64,000 nt of DNA. Origin: Gammaproteobacteria bacterium. GTDB lineage: Bacteria > Pseudomonadota > Gammaproteobacteria > GRL18. Both the position numbers and the translations under genes were made by a program. The stretch covers positions 38,011 through 102,010 of the forward strand of contig JADGDG010000001.1 in NCBI GenBank assembly GCA_016744995.1, read 5' to 3'. The first letter of the stretch is position 1, and every line of letters starts with the position of its first letter. Below the pieces are notes generated by a model. That model was not told where the DNA came from, ran no database searches, and saw only the letters and a program-made list of their open reading frames with translations. This document shows, piece after piece, positions 48,331-58,101 of the stretch.

Positions 48331-49524
48331 TTATCCTGCCTGACCATCAACTCTTGGCTGAGTTAAAACCGGGATATAAACAATAGTAAAAATGAGAAAA
48401 GCAATGCTCCAGAGCACAGCAGAAATTTCAACCCAAAGAACATAGTGTGTCATGGAAAATATAGGAAAGATGACGCGGATCACTGCAGCAATAAAAAGCA
48501 GATAAAAACCAACTACAGCAAATTTCGAAGGCTGCATCTCTCGGCCCGTATGTCCCAATGAAACTCTTGCCATCATTCCATAGGTTGTGATCCCAATCAC
48601 ACCGACAGTCCAGGCATGAATCGCCAGATTATTAGCCACCAGTTCCAGACCGACCATCATTTTAAGTGCAAAACCAACTAGGAACCACAAATAACCGGCG
48701 TAAAGCACCCAAAGTATTGGTGTGCTTAGTACTGGCTTTGAAAACCAGGGAGACACTCGCATAATATGTGCGACTAAAAGCACCCCTGCAAGTAAAGCAA
48801 TTATAAGTCCGTTAAGTGCAAGCACATCAGCAAGAGCCAATAATAGTAAAACAATCAGTAATATTTTTTCTAATAATGGCCGCTCAACAACTTGAGTATC
48901 AGGTACGACCACTCGGGTAAAGAAAGGCATCACCCGCCCTGTCAAAACTTGAATAATAAGCAGGATGCTATAAAGAGCAAGTAAGTTACCTTTGACAACA
49001 CCATTGGCCATAAGCCCCAGATGCTGAGCTTGTACGAGTATATCTCCCACCATGAACATGCTGAGAATAGCAATCATAATGAGGTTATTCCATTGCTTTA
49101 CTTTGAGTATAGGATGTGCAACAGCCAGCGCTAAAAAGAAAAAGAAAGACACATCAACCAGAGCAATAATTAAACCGGGAACCGGAGTAAAAGGTAAAAT
49201 TCTTGCTAAAACCCAAATGCCGGCAAGCAGTGCTAAAGGTGTTTTAGAGATAGTATCAACATTGGTCCAGTTTCTTACTGCGGTCAGCAAAAAGCCAGCA
49301 ATCACAGCCGCAGCATAACCAAATAACATCTCATGACTATGCCAGTCAATAAAACCATAATAGCTCTTGAGTTGAATAATATTAGAATAAGATAGACCCC
49401 AAATTACCATCAAAATGGCTGCAGATAATGCTGCAAACAAGAAAAATGGACGAAATCCTAAATTAAACAGAGCAAATGATTTTTTCGGCTGCTCATTAAT
49501 TTGTATCAACACGTATATCCCCAA
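48331..49524 (-). CDS. nnrS: NnrS-family membrane protein (NO-response, haem/copper)
   Basis: N-terminal ALFNLGFRPFFL motif and about 12 TM helices typical of NnrS. Confidence 0.55.
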   Translation of the reverse strand: MGIYVLIQINEQPKKSFALFNLGFRPFFLFAALSAAILMVIWGLSYSNIIQLKSYYGFIDWHSHEMLFGYAAAVIAGFLLTAVRNWTNVDTISKTPLALLAGIWVLARILPFTPVPGLIIALVDVSFFFFLALAVAHPILKVKQWNNLIMIAILSMFMVGDILVQAQHLGLMANGVVKGNLLALYSILLIIQVLTGRVMPFFTRVVVPDTQVVERPLLEKILLIVLLLLALADVLALNGLIIALLAGVLLVAHIMRVSPWFSKPVLSTPILWVLYAGYLWFLVGFALKMMVGLELVANNLAIHAWTVGVIGITTYGMMARVSLGHTGREMQPSKFAVVGFYLLFIAAVIRVIFPIFSMTHYVLWVEISAVLWSIAFLIFTIVYIPVLTQPRVDGQAG

Positions 49525-49619
49525 TAAAATTTAAGAGTCTTCAACTAATCAGTAGAATAAAAATGATATTAGAACAATAATCACATAATTAAAAAATGAT
49601 TAAGATCAAGATGAAAAAA

Positions 49620-50012
49620 TTATGAATAACTAAAGATCACAGCAGGTGCTTTATAATGGGCGACGTAGACAATATAGGAAAAAATCATAACGGCTAATCC
49701 AGCAGCAATGATCCTGATCTTTTTTGTTTTACCCCACCTTAATGCCACCATGCCCAGTAAAATATAAACAATTAAACCGGTAATTTTTTCTGCAATCCAG
49801 AAAGTTGTAAATGGGTTAACTCCCAGGATATAAACCATCGTCAATGCCGAAGCCAGCAGAACAATATCCACCTTGTGGGGTAATTTTTTAAACCAGTATT
49901 TTGTTTGATTCGGAGAATTATTTGACTTTAAAATAACTCGAAGAATAAAACCTGAGATAGACAGTGTTATTGCAGTCACATGTATATATTTAACCAATTC
50001 GTAAAAAGTCAT
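49620..50012 (-). CDS. SirB2-family small membrane protein
   Basis: Four TM helices and a KLPHKVDIVLL motif resembling SirB2. Confidence 0.4.
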   Translation of the reverse strand: MTFYELVKYIHVTAITLSISGFILRVILKSNNSPNQTKYWFKKLPHKVDIVLLASALTMVYILGVNPFTTFWIAEKITGLIVYILLGMVALRWGKTKKIRIIAAGLAVMIFSYIVYVAHYKAPAVIFSYS

Positions 50013-50154
50013 TTTTCATTCTGTTTAAGTTAAAATAGAGGCCTGAATATATAGATTGATATTCATTAATAAAGTTCAATCGCTTATACTGCGACTTGAT
50101 TTTACCTGACTAATAAACGAACATGCTAGCTAAAAATACAGAATAAGTGACTCT

Positions 50155-50296
50155 GGTTACATGAGAAGCCTTTAGCAATTACATGAAAAGCCTTTAGTGA
50201 TTACATGGAGCCTTCAGCGGTTATATTAAGAAGCCTTTAGCAGTTACATATGAAGCCTTCAGCGATTTCTTAAAAAGATTACATAAACAGCCCTCG
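50155..50296. repeat. Tandem array, ~5 x 22 bp (TTACATGARAAGCCTTTAGCRA)
   Basis: Member of the AGCCYTNAGC repeat family. Intergenic, upstream of folB. Confidence 0.8.
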
Positions 50297-50333
50297 GCCA
50301 AATAAAAGTTACAATAAGCATAGGAACGACAAA

Positions 50334-50723
50334 ATGAATCCTGACATGGATATTGTCTTTATTGAAGAACTTAAACTGGAAACCATTATTGGGATCCATG
50401 ATTGGGAAAGAGAGAAAAAACAGCCTATTAGTCTGAACATTGATATCGGCTGTTCAATCAAATCTGCAGCAAAAAGTGATAAAATTGAACATTGCATTGA
50501 TTATTTCAAAGTGTGTGAAAGTTTAAAAAAACTGGCAGAAGTTCACCAGTATCAATTGGTTGAATCTTTCGTCGAAGAGGTGAGCCGCATTATCCTGGAA
50601 GAATATATGGCACCATGGGTTCGGGTCAAATTAAACAAACCTGAGGCGGTTAATGAGGCCAGTGGTGTTGGTGTTATTATAGAGAGATACCAGCCTGTAA
50701 AAAGTGAACAAGAGAATAAATAA
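50334..50723 (+). CDS. folB: Dihydroneopterin aldolase
   Basis: FolB motifs (IFIEELKLETIIGIHDWEREKKQ...). Confidence 0.8.
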   Translation: MNPDMDIVFIEELKLETIIGIHDWEREKKQPISLNIDIGCSIKSAAKSDKIEHCIDYFKVCESLKKLAEVHQYQLVESFVEEVSRIILEEYMAPWVRVKLNKPEAVNEASGVGVIIERYQPVKSEQENK

Positions 50724-50726
50724 ATC

Positions 50727-51239
50727 ATGGGTACACATTTGGTCTATGTCGGTATTGGCAGCAATATTGAACAGGAAAAGTACATTCGCCTTGCTGTACA
50801 ATCTCTGCAGGAATCGTTTGGTGAGCATTGCCAGCTACGTCTCTCCCCTGTCTATAAGACACAGGCTATTGGTTTTGACGGAGATGATTTTTTTAATCTG
50901 GTGGCTTCTTTTTCAACCGGACTCTCGCCATTCGAAGTTGAAAAAGAGCTAAAAAAAATTGAGCATAAGAATGGTCGCCGCCGAGGTCAGGAAAAATTTG
51001 CCCCACGCACGCTGGATATTGATTTGCTTTTATATGATCAGGAAATTATCAGCAGCCAAAGTGTCAATATTCCCAGAGATGAAATTGAAAAATACGCATT
51101 TGTACTTTCTCCTCTGGCAGATTTGAGCCCTGAACTCATCCACCCCCAAACCCAAAGAAGTATTTTCCAGATGTGGCAGGAATTGAGCCCATCAGTCAAG
51201 ACAGGGGAATTAAAAAAAATTGACTTCGACTGGAGATAG
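50727..51239 (+). CDS. folK: HPPK (2-amino-4-hydroxy-6-hydroxymethyldihydropteridine pyrophosphokinase)
   Basis: VYVGIGSN...RTLDIDLL motifs. 4 nt after folB. Confidence 0.85.
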   Translation: MGTHLVYVGIGSNIEQEKYIRLAVQSLQESFGEHCQLRLSPVYKTQAIGFDGDDFFNLVASFSTGLSPFEVEKELKKIEHKNGRRRGQEKFAPRTLDIDLLLYDQEIISSQSVNIPRDEIEKYAFVLSPLADLSPELIHPQTQRSIFQMWQELSPSVKTGELKKIDFDWR

Positions 51240-51252
51240 GTCTGGTACAGTG

Positions 51253-52497
51253 CTAGATATGCAAGAGTGACTTGATTTCAGTAATTTTCTCATGTGCTTT
51301 TTCCAGAACCTTAATACTCAGTTTTGGCGTGAGCTTTCCTAAAGCCAGCTTATGAAATGCAGGCGTCTGATCGATAATTGGAACATCTCTTTGCTGAGAT
51401 GAGCCAATATAACTGTGCAGATGGGCCATATTGACAATATCAACCAGATCCGGCTTCTCATGTTCATCATACATCCAGTTTTCTGTTTCATCTGTTACGC
51501 TGATAAAATCATCTGAAAAATCCCAGCGTCTTAAAATTGAACTGCCGACCTGAGCATGCATTTTGTGAATAATTTTATCCAGATGCTCTTCACTATCCAT
51601 GATCAGTGGATGATCCATGGCTTTATTTAGTATGGCAATATTACCGATATCATGAATCAGTCCCGCGAGCATCGCATGCTCGGGATCAAACCCCGGAGTA
51701 ACTTTTGCCAGAATGTAACTGATTGCCGCAATTTCAATACTGTGTTCCCACAGTCTCTGCATGCGTTTTTCCAGTATTGGATTGGAGACATTAAACAATT
51801 CTTTTAAAGCAAATGACGTCACTAATTGCACCGTCACTTTTGTCCCCAGACTAACTACTGCCGTCTTACAGTCCTCTGCTTTTTTACGTCTCTGATAGAG
51901 TGCACTATTTGATGCTTTAATAATTTTAGCCGCAATAGAAGGGTCTGCCATTATGACCCGTGCTATCTCTTCCGCGCCTGAGTTTTCATCCTCAACGGTT
52001 TCACGAATTTTTGTTGCCACACAAGGCAGGCTGGGCAAAATAAAATTACCTTGTTGAAGTTCAAGGATCAATTCATATAAAATTCGATCCTCTTCATGCT
52101 CATCATCCAGAAATGTTTCATTCAGATTAATCGATGAGCTAACCTCAGACTGTTCAATGGCAGTATTTAAAAAATCATCCTGCAACACCAGCAGTTTGCA
52201 CAACGTTTTAGTTGTGACCAGATAACGGCTGGGCCTGAGTTGGGCAACAGGATTTCGAGCACGTACACTATCTGCCTCAATAATACTTTCTGAATCATCA
52301 AAGGCTTTCAGCTTTAAAATACCCTCAAGTAAAAGATATTTATCCTGTGAGTCCGAATTCAAGTCAATAACCGTCTGCCCAGAACCCACACTTATTATTT
52401 GCGCATTAATAGCGATATATTCTAATTGTGTATCAGTAAGACCTTGAAACGGAGCAAACAGTTTTAAACGCTCAATATCAATAACTTCTGTTTCCAT
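51253..52497 (-). CDS. Signalling protein with cNMP-binding-like N-terminus and HDOD domain
   Basis: HDOD core (AKIIKASNSALYQ..., LIHDIGNIAIL). Confidence 0.55.
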   Translation of the reverse strand: METEVIDIERLKLFAPFQGLTDTQLEYIAINAQIISVGSGQTVIDLNSDSQDKYLLLEGILKLKAFDDSESIIEADSVRARNPVAQLRPSRYLVTTKTLCKLLVLQDDFLNTAIEQSEVSSSINLNETFLDDEHEEDRILYELILELQQGNFILPSLPCVATKIRETVEDENSGAEEIARVIMADPSIAAKIIKASNSALYQRRKKAEDCKTAVVSLGTKVTVQLVTSFALKELFNVSNPILEKRMQRLWEHSIEIAAISYILAKVTPGFDPEHAMLAGLIHDIGNIAILNKAMDHPLIMDSEEHLDKIIHKMHAQVGSSILRRWDFSDDFISVTDETENWMYDEHEKPDLVDIVNMAHLHSYIGSSQQRDVPIIDQTPAFHKLALGKLTPKLSIKVLEKAHEKITEIKSLLHI

Positions 52498-52697
52498 ATT
52501 AATTCGTATCTTGGTGTCTCAGTTGATTATAAACAGGCGCAAAATTCCACCGAATAATGGATAAGGATAGCACAGATATAATGAATGTACCTGTTTATTG
52601 CATCACATCTATGTGACAAAGTCTTCGTGTAGGATTTTACCTACATTGCAATTGCGATTAGTCGCAACTTTTCTAAATTCATCACCATAAACCTTCC

Positions 52698-53561
52698 ATG
52701 ACTAAAAATATGTTCTACTATTTAAATAGAGAACAAATACAAGAATACGGTCAATACATTATGAGTTTACATATGAATATTAGAAACCCGGCTGTTGCCG
52801 GAACTTTTTATCCAGAGAATACAAGTGAATTAGATATTGCCATAAAGGCTTATCTGGATAATAGTGAAACACAGGCAATTGCAACAAAACCACGGGCCTT
52901 AATCGTCCCACATGCTGGTTATATATACTCCGGCCCGATTGCTGCCAGTGCCTATACCCAGCTTATTCCTTTTGCCCAGCAAATATCAAAAGTCGTATTG
53001 CTCGGACCATCACATAAAATCCCCTTACTTGGCATTGCCAGCAGCTCACAAGATTTTTTTCAGACTCCTTTAGGGGAAATCCCTCTGGATAGAAAAATAA
53101 TAGCTCAGTTGGAGCAATTGCCCTTTGTACAGGCTTATGACGATGCTCACGCTCAAGAGCATAGTCTTGAAGTTCAGCTGCCTTTTTTGCAAAAAATCCT
53201 ACCCCGATTTACTTTGATTCCTCTGGTCATCGGCCAGGCTGAAGATCAGCAAGTAAGTGAGGTCATAGAAAAATTATGGCAGGAAGAAGACACGCTTTTT
53301 TTAATCAGCTCCGACCTCAGCCATTTTCTTGATTACCAACGAGCCAGAGAGTGTGATCAAGCAACCAATACAGCAATCTCTGCTTTTAATCCGGAAAAAA
53401 TTCACTACGAACAAGCCTGCGGCCGCTCAGCGATTGCAGGTCTGCTTTTAAGCGCCCAAAAACACCATTTAAATGTCCAGACACTGGACTTACGTAATTC
53501 AGGTGATACTGCAGGCAGCAAAGACCGTGTGGTTGGTTATGGAGCCTGGGTTTTTTATTAA
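52698..53561 (+). CDS. AmmeMemoRadiSam system protein B (MEMO1 family)
   Basis: AGTFYPEN...LIVPHAGYIYSGPIAA motif. The true start may be internal (MSLHMNIRNP at 52761). Confidence 0.7.
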   Translation: MTKNMFYYLNREQIQEYGQYIMSLHMNIRNPAVAGTFYPENTSELDIAIKAYLDNSETQAIATKPRALIVPHAGYIYSGPIAASAYTQLIPFAQQISKVVLLGPSHKIPLLGIASSSQDFFQTPLGEIPLDRKIIAQLEQLPFVQAYDDAHAQEHSLEVQLPFLQKILPRFTLIPLVIGQAEDQQVSEVIEKLWQEEDTLFLISSDLSHFLDYQRARECDQATNTAISAFNPEKIHYEQACGRSAIAGLLLSAQKHHLNVQTLDLRNSGDTAGSKDRVVGYGAWVFY

Positions 53562-53562
53562 A

Positions 53563-53612
53563 GAGCCTTCAGCTTATCTTGTAAAAACAGCCTTCAGCCA
53601 GATAAAAAATTA
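53563..53612. repeat. Two copies of the AGAGCCTTCAGC repeat unit
   Basis: aaAGAGCCTTCAGCttatcttgtaaaaACAGCCTTCAGCcag between the MEMO and AMMECR1 genes. Confidence 0.7.
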
Positions 53613-53624
53613 AACAGGTGAGTT

Positions 53625-54194
53625 ATGTATTCACAAGCTGAGCAGCAGCAACTAAAAGATATTGCAAAACAATCAGTTTTGACGGGACTGGAATCTCAAC
53701 ATCCCATTAAACTGAAGCTGTCAGACTATCCTGATTCTCTGCAGATAAAGCGGGCAACCTTTGTCACCTTAAATATCAGGCATCAATTACGAGGCTGTAT
53801 CGGCAGCTTAAGTCCACGCCGGGCTTTAGTCGAAGATATTGCTCACAATGCCTATGCAGCTGCATTTTCAGATCCCCGATTTCCAGCACTCAGACAGCAG
53901 GAATATGATCAGCTTGAATACTCTATTTCAATACTAAGTAACACCCATCCAATGCAGTTTGAATCGGAGCAGGATCTATTAGCACAAATTCGTCCAGGAA
54001 TTGACGGGCTGGTTTTGAAGGATAACTCTCCTGAAACCGGGGGCAACCGGCAGGGGACATTTTTACCTTCTGTCTGGGAGCAGTTAACCCAGCCCGAAGA
54101 ATTTTTGCAACACCTCAAGCAAAAAGCCGGACTGCCTGCAGATTATTGGAGCGATACTTTACAGATCAGCCGTTATACGGTTGACTATTTCTAA
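53625..54194 (+). CDS. AmmeMemoRadiSam system protein A (AMMECR1 domain)
   Basis: ATFVTLNIRHQLRGCIGSL core. Confidence 0.7.
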   Translation: MYSQAEQQQLKDIAKQSVLTGLESQHPIKLKLSDYPDSLQIKRATFVTLNIRHQLRGCIGSLSPRRALVEDIAHNAYAAAFSDPRFPALRQQEYDQLEYSISILSNTHPMQFESEQDLLAQIRPGIDGLVLKDNSPETGGNRQGTFLPSVWEQLTQPEEFLQHLKQKAGLPADYWSDTLQISRYTVDYF

Positions 54195-54200
54195 GCATCC

Positions 54201-54581
54201 TTACAACTCCATCACAGCATCCATTTCAACCCCGGCTGCCTTGGGTAATGATGCCACTCCGATTGCCGCTCTGGCAGGATAAGGCTGAGAGAAATAACGA
54301 GCCATTATTTCATTCACTAATGGAAAATGCCCCAGATCAGTCAGAAAAATATTTAGCTTAACAATATCATTCAAATCACCACCAGCTGCCTGCGCAACAG
54401 CCATTAAATTATCAAAAACACGCACAATCTGGGCCTCCATATCACCTTCTACCATTTCCATACTTTCAGGGATGAGAGGTATCTGCCCGGAAAGGTAAGC
54501 CGTACTGCCAACTTTTACAGCCTGAGAATACGTGCCAATTGCCTGAGGGGCTTTATCTGTTGAAATTATTTCTCTGCTCAA
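54201..54581 (-). CDS. ridA: RidA/YjgF-family reactive-intermediate deaminase
   Basis: YjgF signature (AIGTYSQAV..., [12 protein letters not shown]). Confidence 0.8.
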   Translation of the reverse strand: MSREIISTDKAPQAIGTYSQAVKVGSTAYLSGQIPLIPESMEMVEGDMEAQIVRVFDNLMAVAQAAGGDLNDIVKLNIFLTDLGHFPLVNEIMARYFSQPYPARAAIGVASLPKAAGVEMDAVMEL

Positions 54582-54661
54582 AATGTTCTCCTGGTTTTAA
54601 ATTTATTCTGTTTATATTTGTGTGTTTTCGAGTTTATAGCATGTTGTATTCTGGCTTTGAC

Positions 54662-55429
54662 TTACAAATACAACGATCGCCCGCCATCTACAGCAATGAT
54701 CTGTCCGGTAATATATCCAGCATTACTCACCAGAAACAAAACTGTTTTAGCTATATCTTGTGCCGAGCCTTTACGTTTTAAATAGGTGCGTGAAACAATA
54801 CGCTGTTTTGTCACTTCATCCATGTTTGTAGAAGGCCACATAATAGCACCAGGAGCAACACCATTAACACGAATATTGGGCCCCAATTCAAAAGCCAGTG
54901 TTTTCACCAGCATAGCCAACCCCGCTTTTGCCATATTATAAACACTATGCCCTCCCATTGGTCGTTGGGCATGAATATCAACGATATTGATAATACAGCC
55001 TTGCTGTTTTTCTAAATAAGGTGCCGCTAATTGTGATAAAAAAAACGGGGCTTTCATATTACTACCGATAAGATCATCCCAGTGCTTTTCAGTAACAGAT
55101 CCCAGGGGAGTTGGGTAAAAGCTGGAAGCATTATTTACTAAAATATCCAACCTCCCCCATTGCTCCAGGCTCTTATCAACCAGACCTTTCAGTTTCTCGG
55201 TTTCAAGTAAATCTGCCTGCACAAGAACCACAGAATTCTTTCGAATTTCATGTAACTCCGTTTGCAAGTCCAGTGCCTGTTGTCGAGAGTGACGATAGTG
55301 TAATAGAATATTTGCACCAGCCGCATGCAATAAACGTGCGGTCATTGCCCCGACTCGCTGAGCACCTCCGGTGATCAAAACCACTTTATCCGTTAAGTCA
55401 CTTTTGAGCATCTCATCAATTGTTTCCAT
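54662..55429 (-). CDS. SDR-family oxidoreductase, pteridine-reductase (FolM/PTR1)-like
   Basis: TGGAQRVG Rossmann. HYRHS-type segment characteristic of pteridine reductases. YxxxK. Confidence 0.55.
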   Translation of the reverse strand: METIDEMLKSDLTDKVVLITGGAQRVGAMTARLLHAAGANILLHYRHSRQQALDLQTELHEIRKNSVVLVQADLLETEKLKGLVDKSLEQWGRLDILVNNASSFYPTPLGSVTEKHWDDLIGSNMKAPFFLSQLAAPYLEKQQGCIINIVDIHAQRPMGGHSVYNMAKAGLAMLVKTLAFELGPNIRVNGVAPGAIMWPSTNMDEVTKQRIVSRTYLKRKGSAQDIAKTVLFLVSNAGYITGQIIAVDGGRSLYL

Positions 55430-55519
55430 TAAGGCTTAGTTTCCTGTTCGTAATAGTGGATGTTAGCGAATAAGTTTAGCATAATATAAGCACCTGAGAA
55501 AAAAGAAATAAAAGCCTTT

Positions 55520-56746
55520 ATGCCAAGTGAAACAAAAACAAACAATACCCCTCATGCCTTTCCTGAGCCATCTCCTGAAACAAAAGCACATAGCGATCAA
55601 CTAAAATCTTTTATCCAGAATAAGATAAAAGCCAGTGGCGGAAAAATATCTTTTGCCGACTATATGAATCTGGCACTTTATGCACCGGGACTGGGTTACT
55701 ATAGTGCAGGATTAAAAAAGTTTGGTAAACAGGGGGATTTCATTACTGCACCTGAAATCTCCCCACTTTTTTCTCAATGTCTGGCACTACAATGCATACA
55801 AATAATGAAACAGACCCAACAACAGGTTTTGTTGGAAATTGGTGCCGGATCAGGCATTATGGCTATTGAGCTGATCCTTGAACTCGAAAAACAGGCGCAA
55901 TTACCTGAGCAGTATCTCATACTGGAATTAAGCGCTGATCTGCGTGAACGCCAACAACAGGCAATCCAGAATCGTATACCTCATCTATCTGAGCGTTTTT
56001 TATGGCTTGACCGACTGCCGGATAAACCATTTAACGGGATCATTATTGCCAATGAGTTATTGGATGCCATGCCGGTGCATCTGCTGAAACTTAAAGCAGA
56101 TAATGTGTTTGAACGATATGTTTCTGTTGATGGGAACGGACAGTTCATCTGGCTGGATTCTGCCCCTGAGAATACCCGCCTGCAGAAAATTGCAAACGAA
56201 ATAAAGTCATTGCATCAGGAGTATGCCCATCTCAATGATGAACCAGAAGCATCCTATACTACTGAAGTCAACTTACAGGCTATTGACTGGATAAAAACCA
56301 TTGCTGAGCTTTTAGGCTCTGGTGCTATTCTATTAGTGGATTATGGCTATACTGCTCAGGAATATTATCACCCACAACGCTCAATGGGCACTTTAATGTG
56401 TCATTATCAACATCACCGCCATGATGATCCTTTTTATCTGCCCGGCCTTCAGGACATCACAGCCCATGTTAATTTCAGCAGTATTGCCCGTGCTGCAACA
56501 GAGTCAGGACTCAGTGTTTGCGGCTTTACGACTCAGGCCCATTTTTTAATGTCAGGCGGTCTGGTTGAATTAACCAAAGATCTGGATCCTGATGACGTCC
56601 TGCGTTTTTCTGAAGTCGCCAGGCAAATAAAGATGCTCACCCTACCCGAAGAAATGGGTGAGTTATTTAAAGTCATTTTACTTGCCAAAGACAAACCGCT
56701 ATCATTAGCTGCATTTCAATTTAAGGACTTCCAGAATCGTTTATAG
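55520..56746 (+). CDS. MidA/NDUFAF7-family (DUF185) SAM-dependent methyltransferase
   Basis: GDFITAPEISPLF signature and SAM fold (LLEIGAGSG). Confidence 0.65.
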   Translation: MPSETKTNNTPHAFPEPSPETKAHSDQLKSFIQNKIKASGGKISFADYMNLALYAPGLGYYSAGLKKFGKQGDFITAPEISPLFSQCLALQCIQIMKQTQQQVLLEIGAGSGIMAIELILELEKQAQLPEQYLILELSADLRERQQQAIQNRIPHLSERFLWLDRLPDKPFNGIIIANELLDAMPVHLLKLKADNVFERYVSVDGNGQFIWLDSAPENTRLQKIANEIKSLHQEYAHLNDEPEASYTTEVNLQAIDWIKTIAELLGSGAILLVDYGYTAQEYYHPQRSMGTLMCHYQHHRHDDPFYLPGLQDITAHVNFSSIARAATESGLSVCGFTTQAHFLMSGGLVELTKDLDPDDVLRFSEVARQIKMLTLPEEMGELFKVILLAKDKPLSLAAFQFKDFQNRL

Positions 56747-56784
56747 ATGGACACCTCTTATCTGACAGCAACACGGCTATTTTA

Positions 56785-56871
56785 GCTGAAGGCTCTTTTC
56801 TTGCTGAAAGCTCTTTTTTAGCTAATAGCTCTTTTAGCTAAAGGCTCTTTTTTGCTAATGGCTCTTATAGG
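56785..56871. repeat. Tandem array, 5 x ~18 bp (GCTGAAGGCTCTTTT), reverse orientation of the family unit
   Basis: Reverse complement of AAAAGAGCCTTCAGC. Immediately upstream of uppP. Confidence 0.8.
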
Positions 56872-56877
56872 AAAACT

Positions 56878-57693
56878 ATGGATTTAATTCAAATTATTGT
56901 ATTAGCACTGGTTCAGGGACTGAGTGAGTTTTTGCCTATATCAAGCTCTGCGCATCTGATCCTGGTTCCCCAGCTTCTGGGCTGGAATGATCAGGGACTT
57001 GCTTTTGATGTTGCCACACACTTTGGCACACTCATCGCAGTCGTATGGTACTTTCGCAAAGACATTCAGCCCCTGTTCCTGGACTGGATGAAATCCATTC
57101 AACTAAAACACAACACCGGAAACAGCCTGCTGGCCTGGGGCATCATTATTGGTACAATTCCAGCCGGTGTCATTGGACTACTGATCAATGACTATGCTGA
57201 ACATCTGCGTAACCCACTGATTATTGCCTGCACAACGATTCTTTTTGGTTTGCTTCTCTGGTATGCCGATGCCAGAGTGCAAAAACAAATGGCTGATAAA
57301 ATTGAACTGCGTACTGAACACCAGCTCAATTTAAAAATTATTTTATTTATTGGTTGTGCTCAGGCTCTGGCTTTAATACCAGGTACATCTCGCTCTGGTA
57401 TTACCATCACCGCCGCGTTATTAATGGGCATGAGCCGCCATGCAGCAGCGCGCTTTTCTTTTTTATTATCCATCCCGTTAATCATGGCTGCAAGCCTGAT
57501 GAAAACAATCGAATTAAGCCAGTCAGCAAGCCACATTCCCTGGTTAGATATTTTTATGGGAGTTGGATTATCTGCAGTCAGTGCTTATTTTTGTATCCAT
57601 TATTTTATTAAGTTACTGGATAGTGTAGGAATGATGCCCTTTATCATCTATCGCTTATTTTTGGGGATCTTTCTTTTCTGGATATTTGTGTAG
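56878..57693 (+). CDS. uppP: Undecaprenyl-diphosphatase
   Basis: SEFLPISSSAHL and PGTSRSG motifs. Confidence 0.85.
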   Translation: MDLIQIIVLALVQGLSEFLPISSSAHLILVPQLLGWNDQGLAFDVATHFGTLIAVVWYFRKDIQPLFLDWMKSIQLKHNTGNSLLAWGIIIGTIPAGVIGLLINDYAEHLRNPLIIACTTILFGLLLWYADARVQKQMADKIELRTEHQLNLKIILFIGCAQALALIPGTSRSGITITAALLMGMSRHAAARFSFLLSIPLIMAASLMKTIELSQSASHIPWLDIFMGVGLSAVSAYFCIHYFIKLLDSVGMMPFIIYRLFLGIFLFWIFV

Positions 57694-57711
57694 CACAGGA
57701 CTATCTATAAC

Positions 57712-58101
57712 ATGCACTATAAAAATCTTTGGCTTGCTGCTGGAGTCACCTATGTCTGTTTTATTCTGGTCGCCTCACTGACTAACATTCCTGAAATTGA
57801 GCTTGGAAAAATCATTCATAGAGATAAAATTATTCATTTTATGCTGTACTTCATTCTGGTTGGATGGTTTGTTCAGCTCTATAAAAATAAGGGGACTCGA
57901 GCCTTAATTTTAGTCTCGGCAATCACTCTGGGAATGGTCATTGAATATCTTCAGGGCATGACTTCATATAGGAGTTTTGACTGGTATGATGGTGTTGCCA
58001 ACAGTCTGGGGGCTTGCTGTGCCTTTTTTCTGGCCAGTACTTCCTTTGATTCAATCTTGAATAAAGCAGATAGACGACTGTATCACTTTTTTAATGATTA
58101 A
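57712..58101 (+). CDS. VanZ-like family membrane protein
   Basis: Four TM helices. DKIIHFMLYFIL motif. Confidence 0.4.
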   Translation: MHYKNLWLAAGVTYVCFILVASLTNIPEIELGKIIHRDKIIHFMLYFILVGWFVQLYKNKGTRALILVSAITLGMVIEYLQGMTSYRSFDWYDGVANSLGACCAFFLASTSFDSILNKADRRLYHFFND

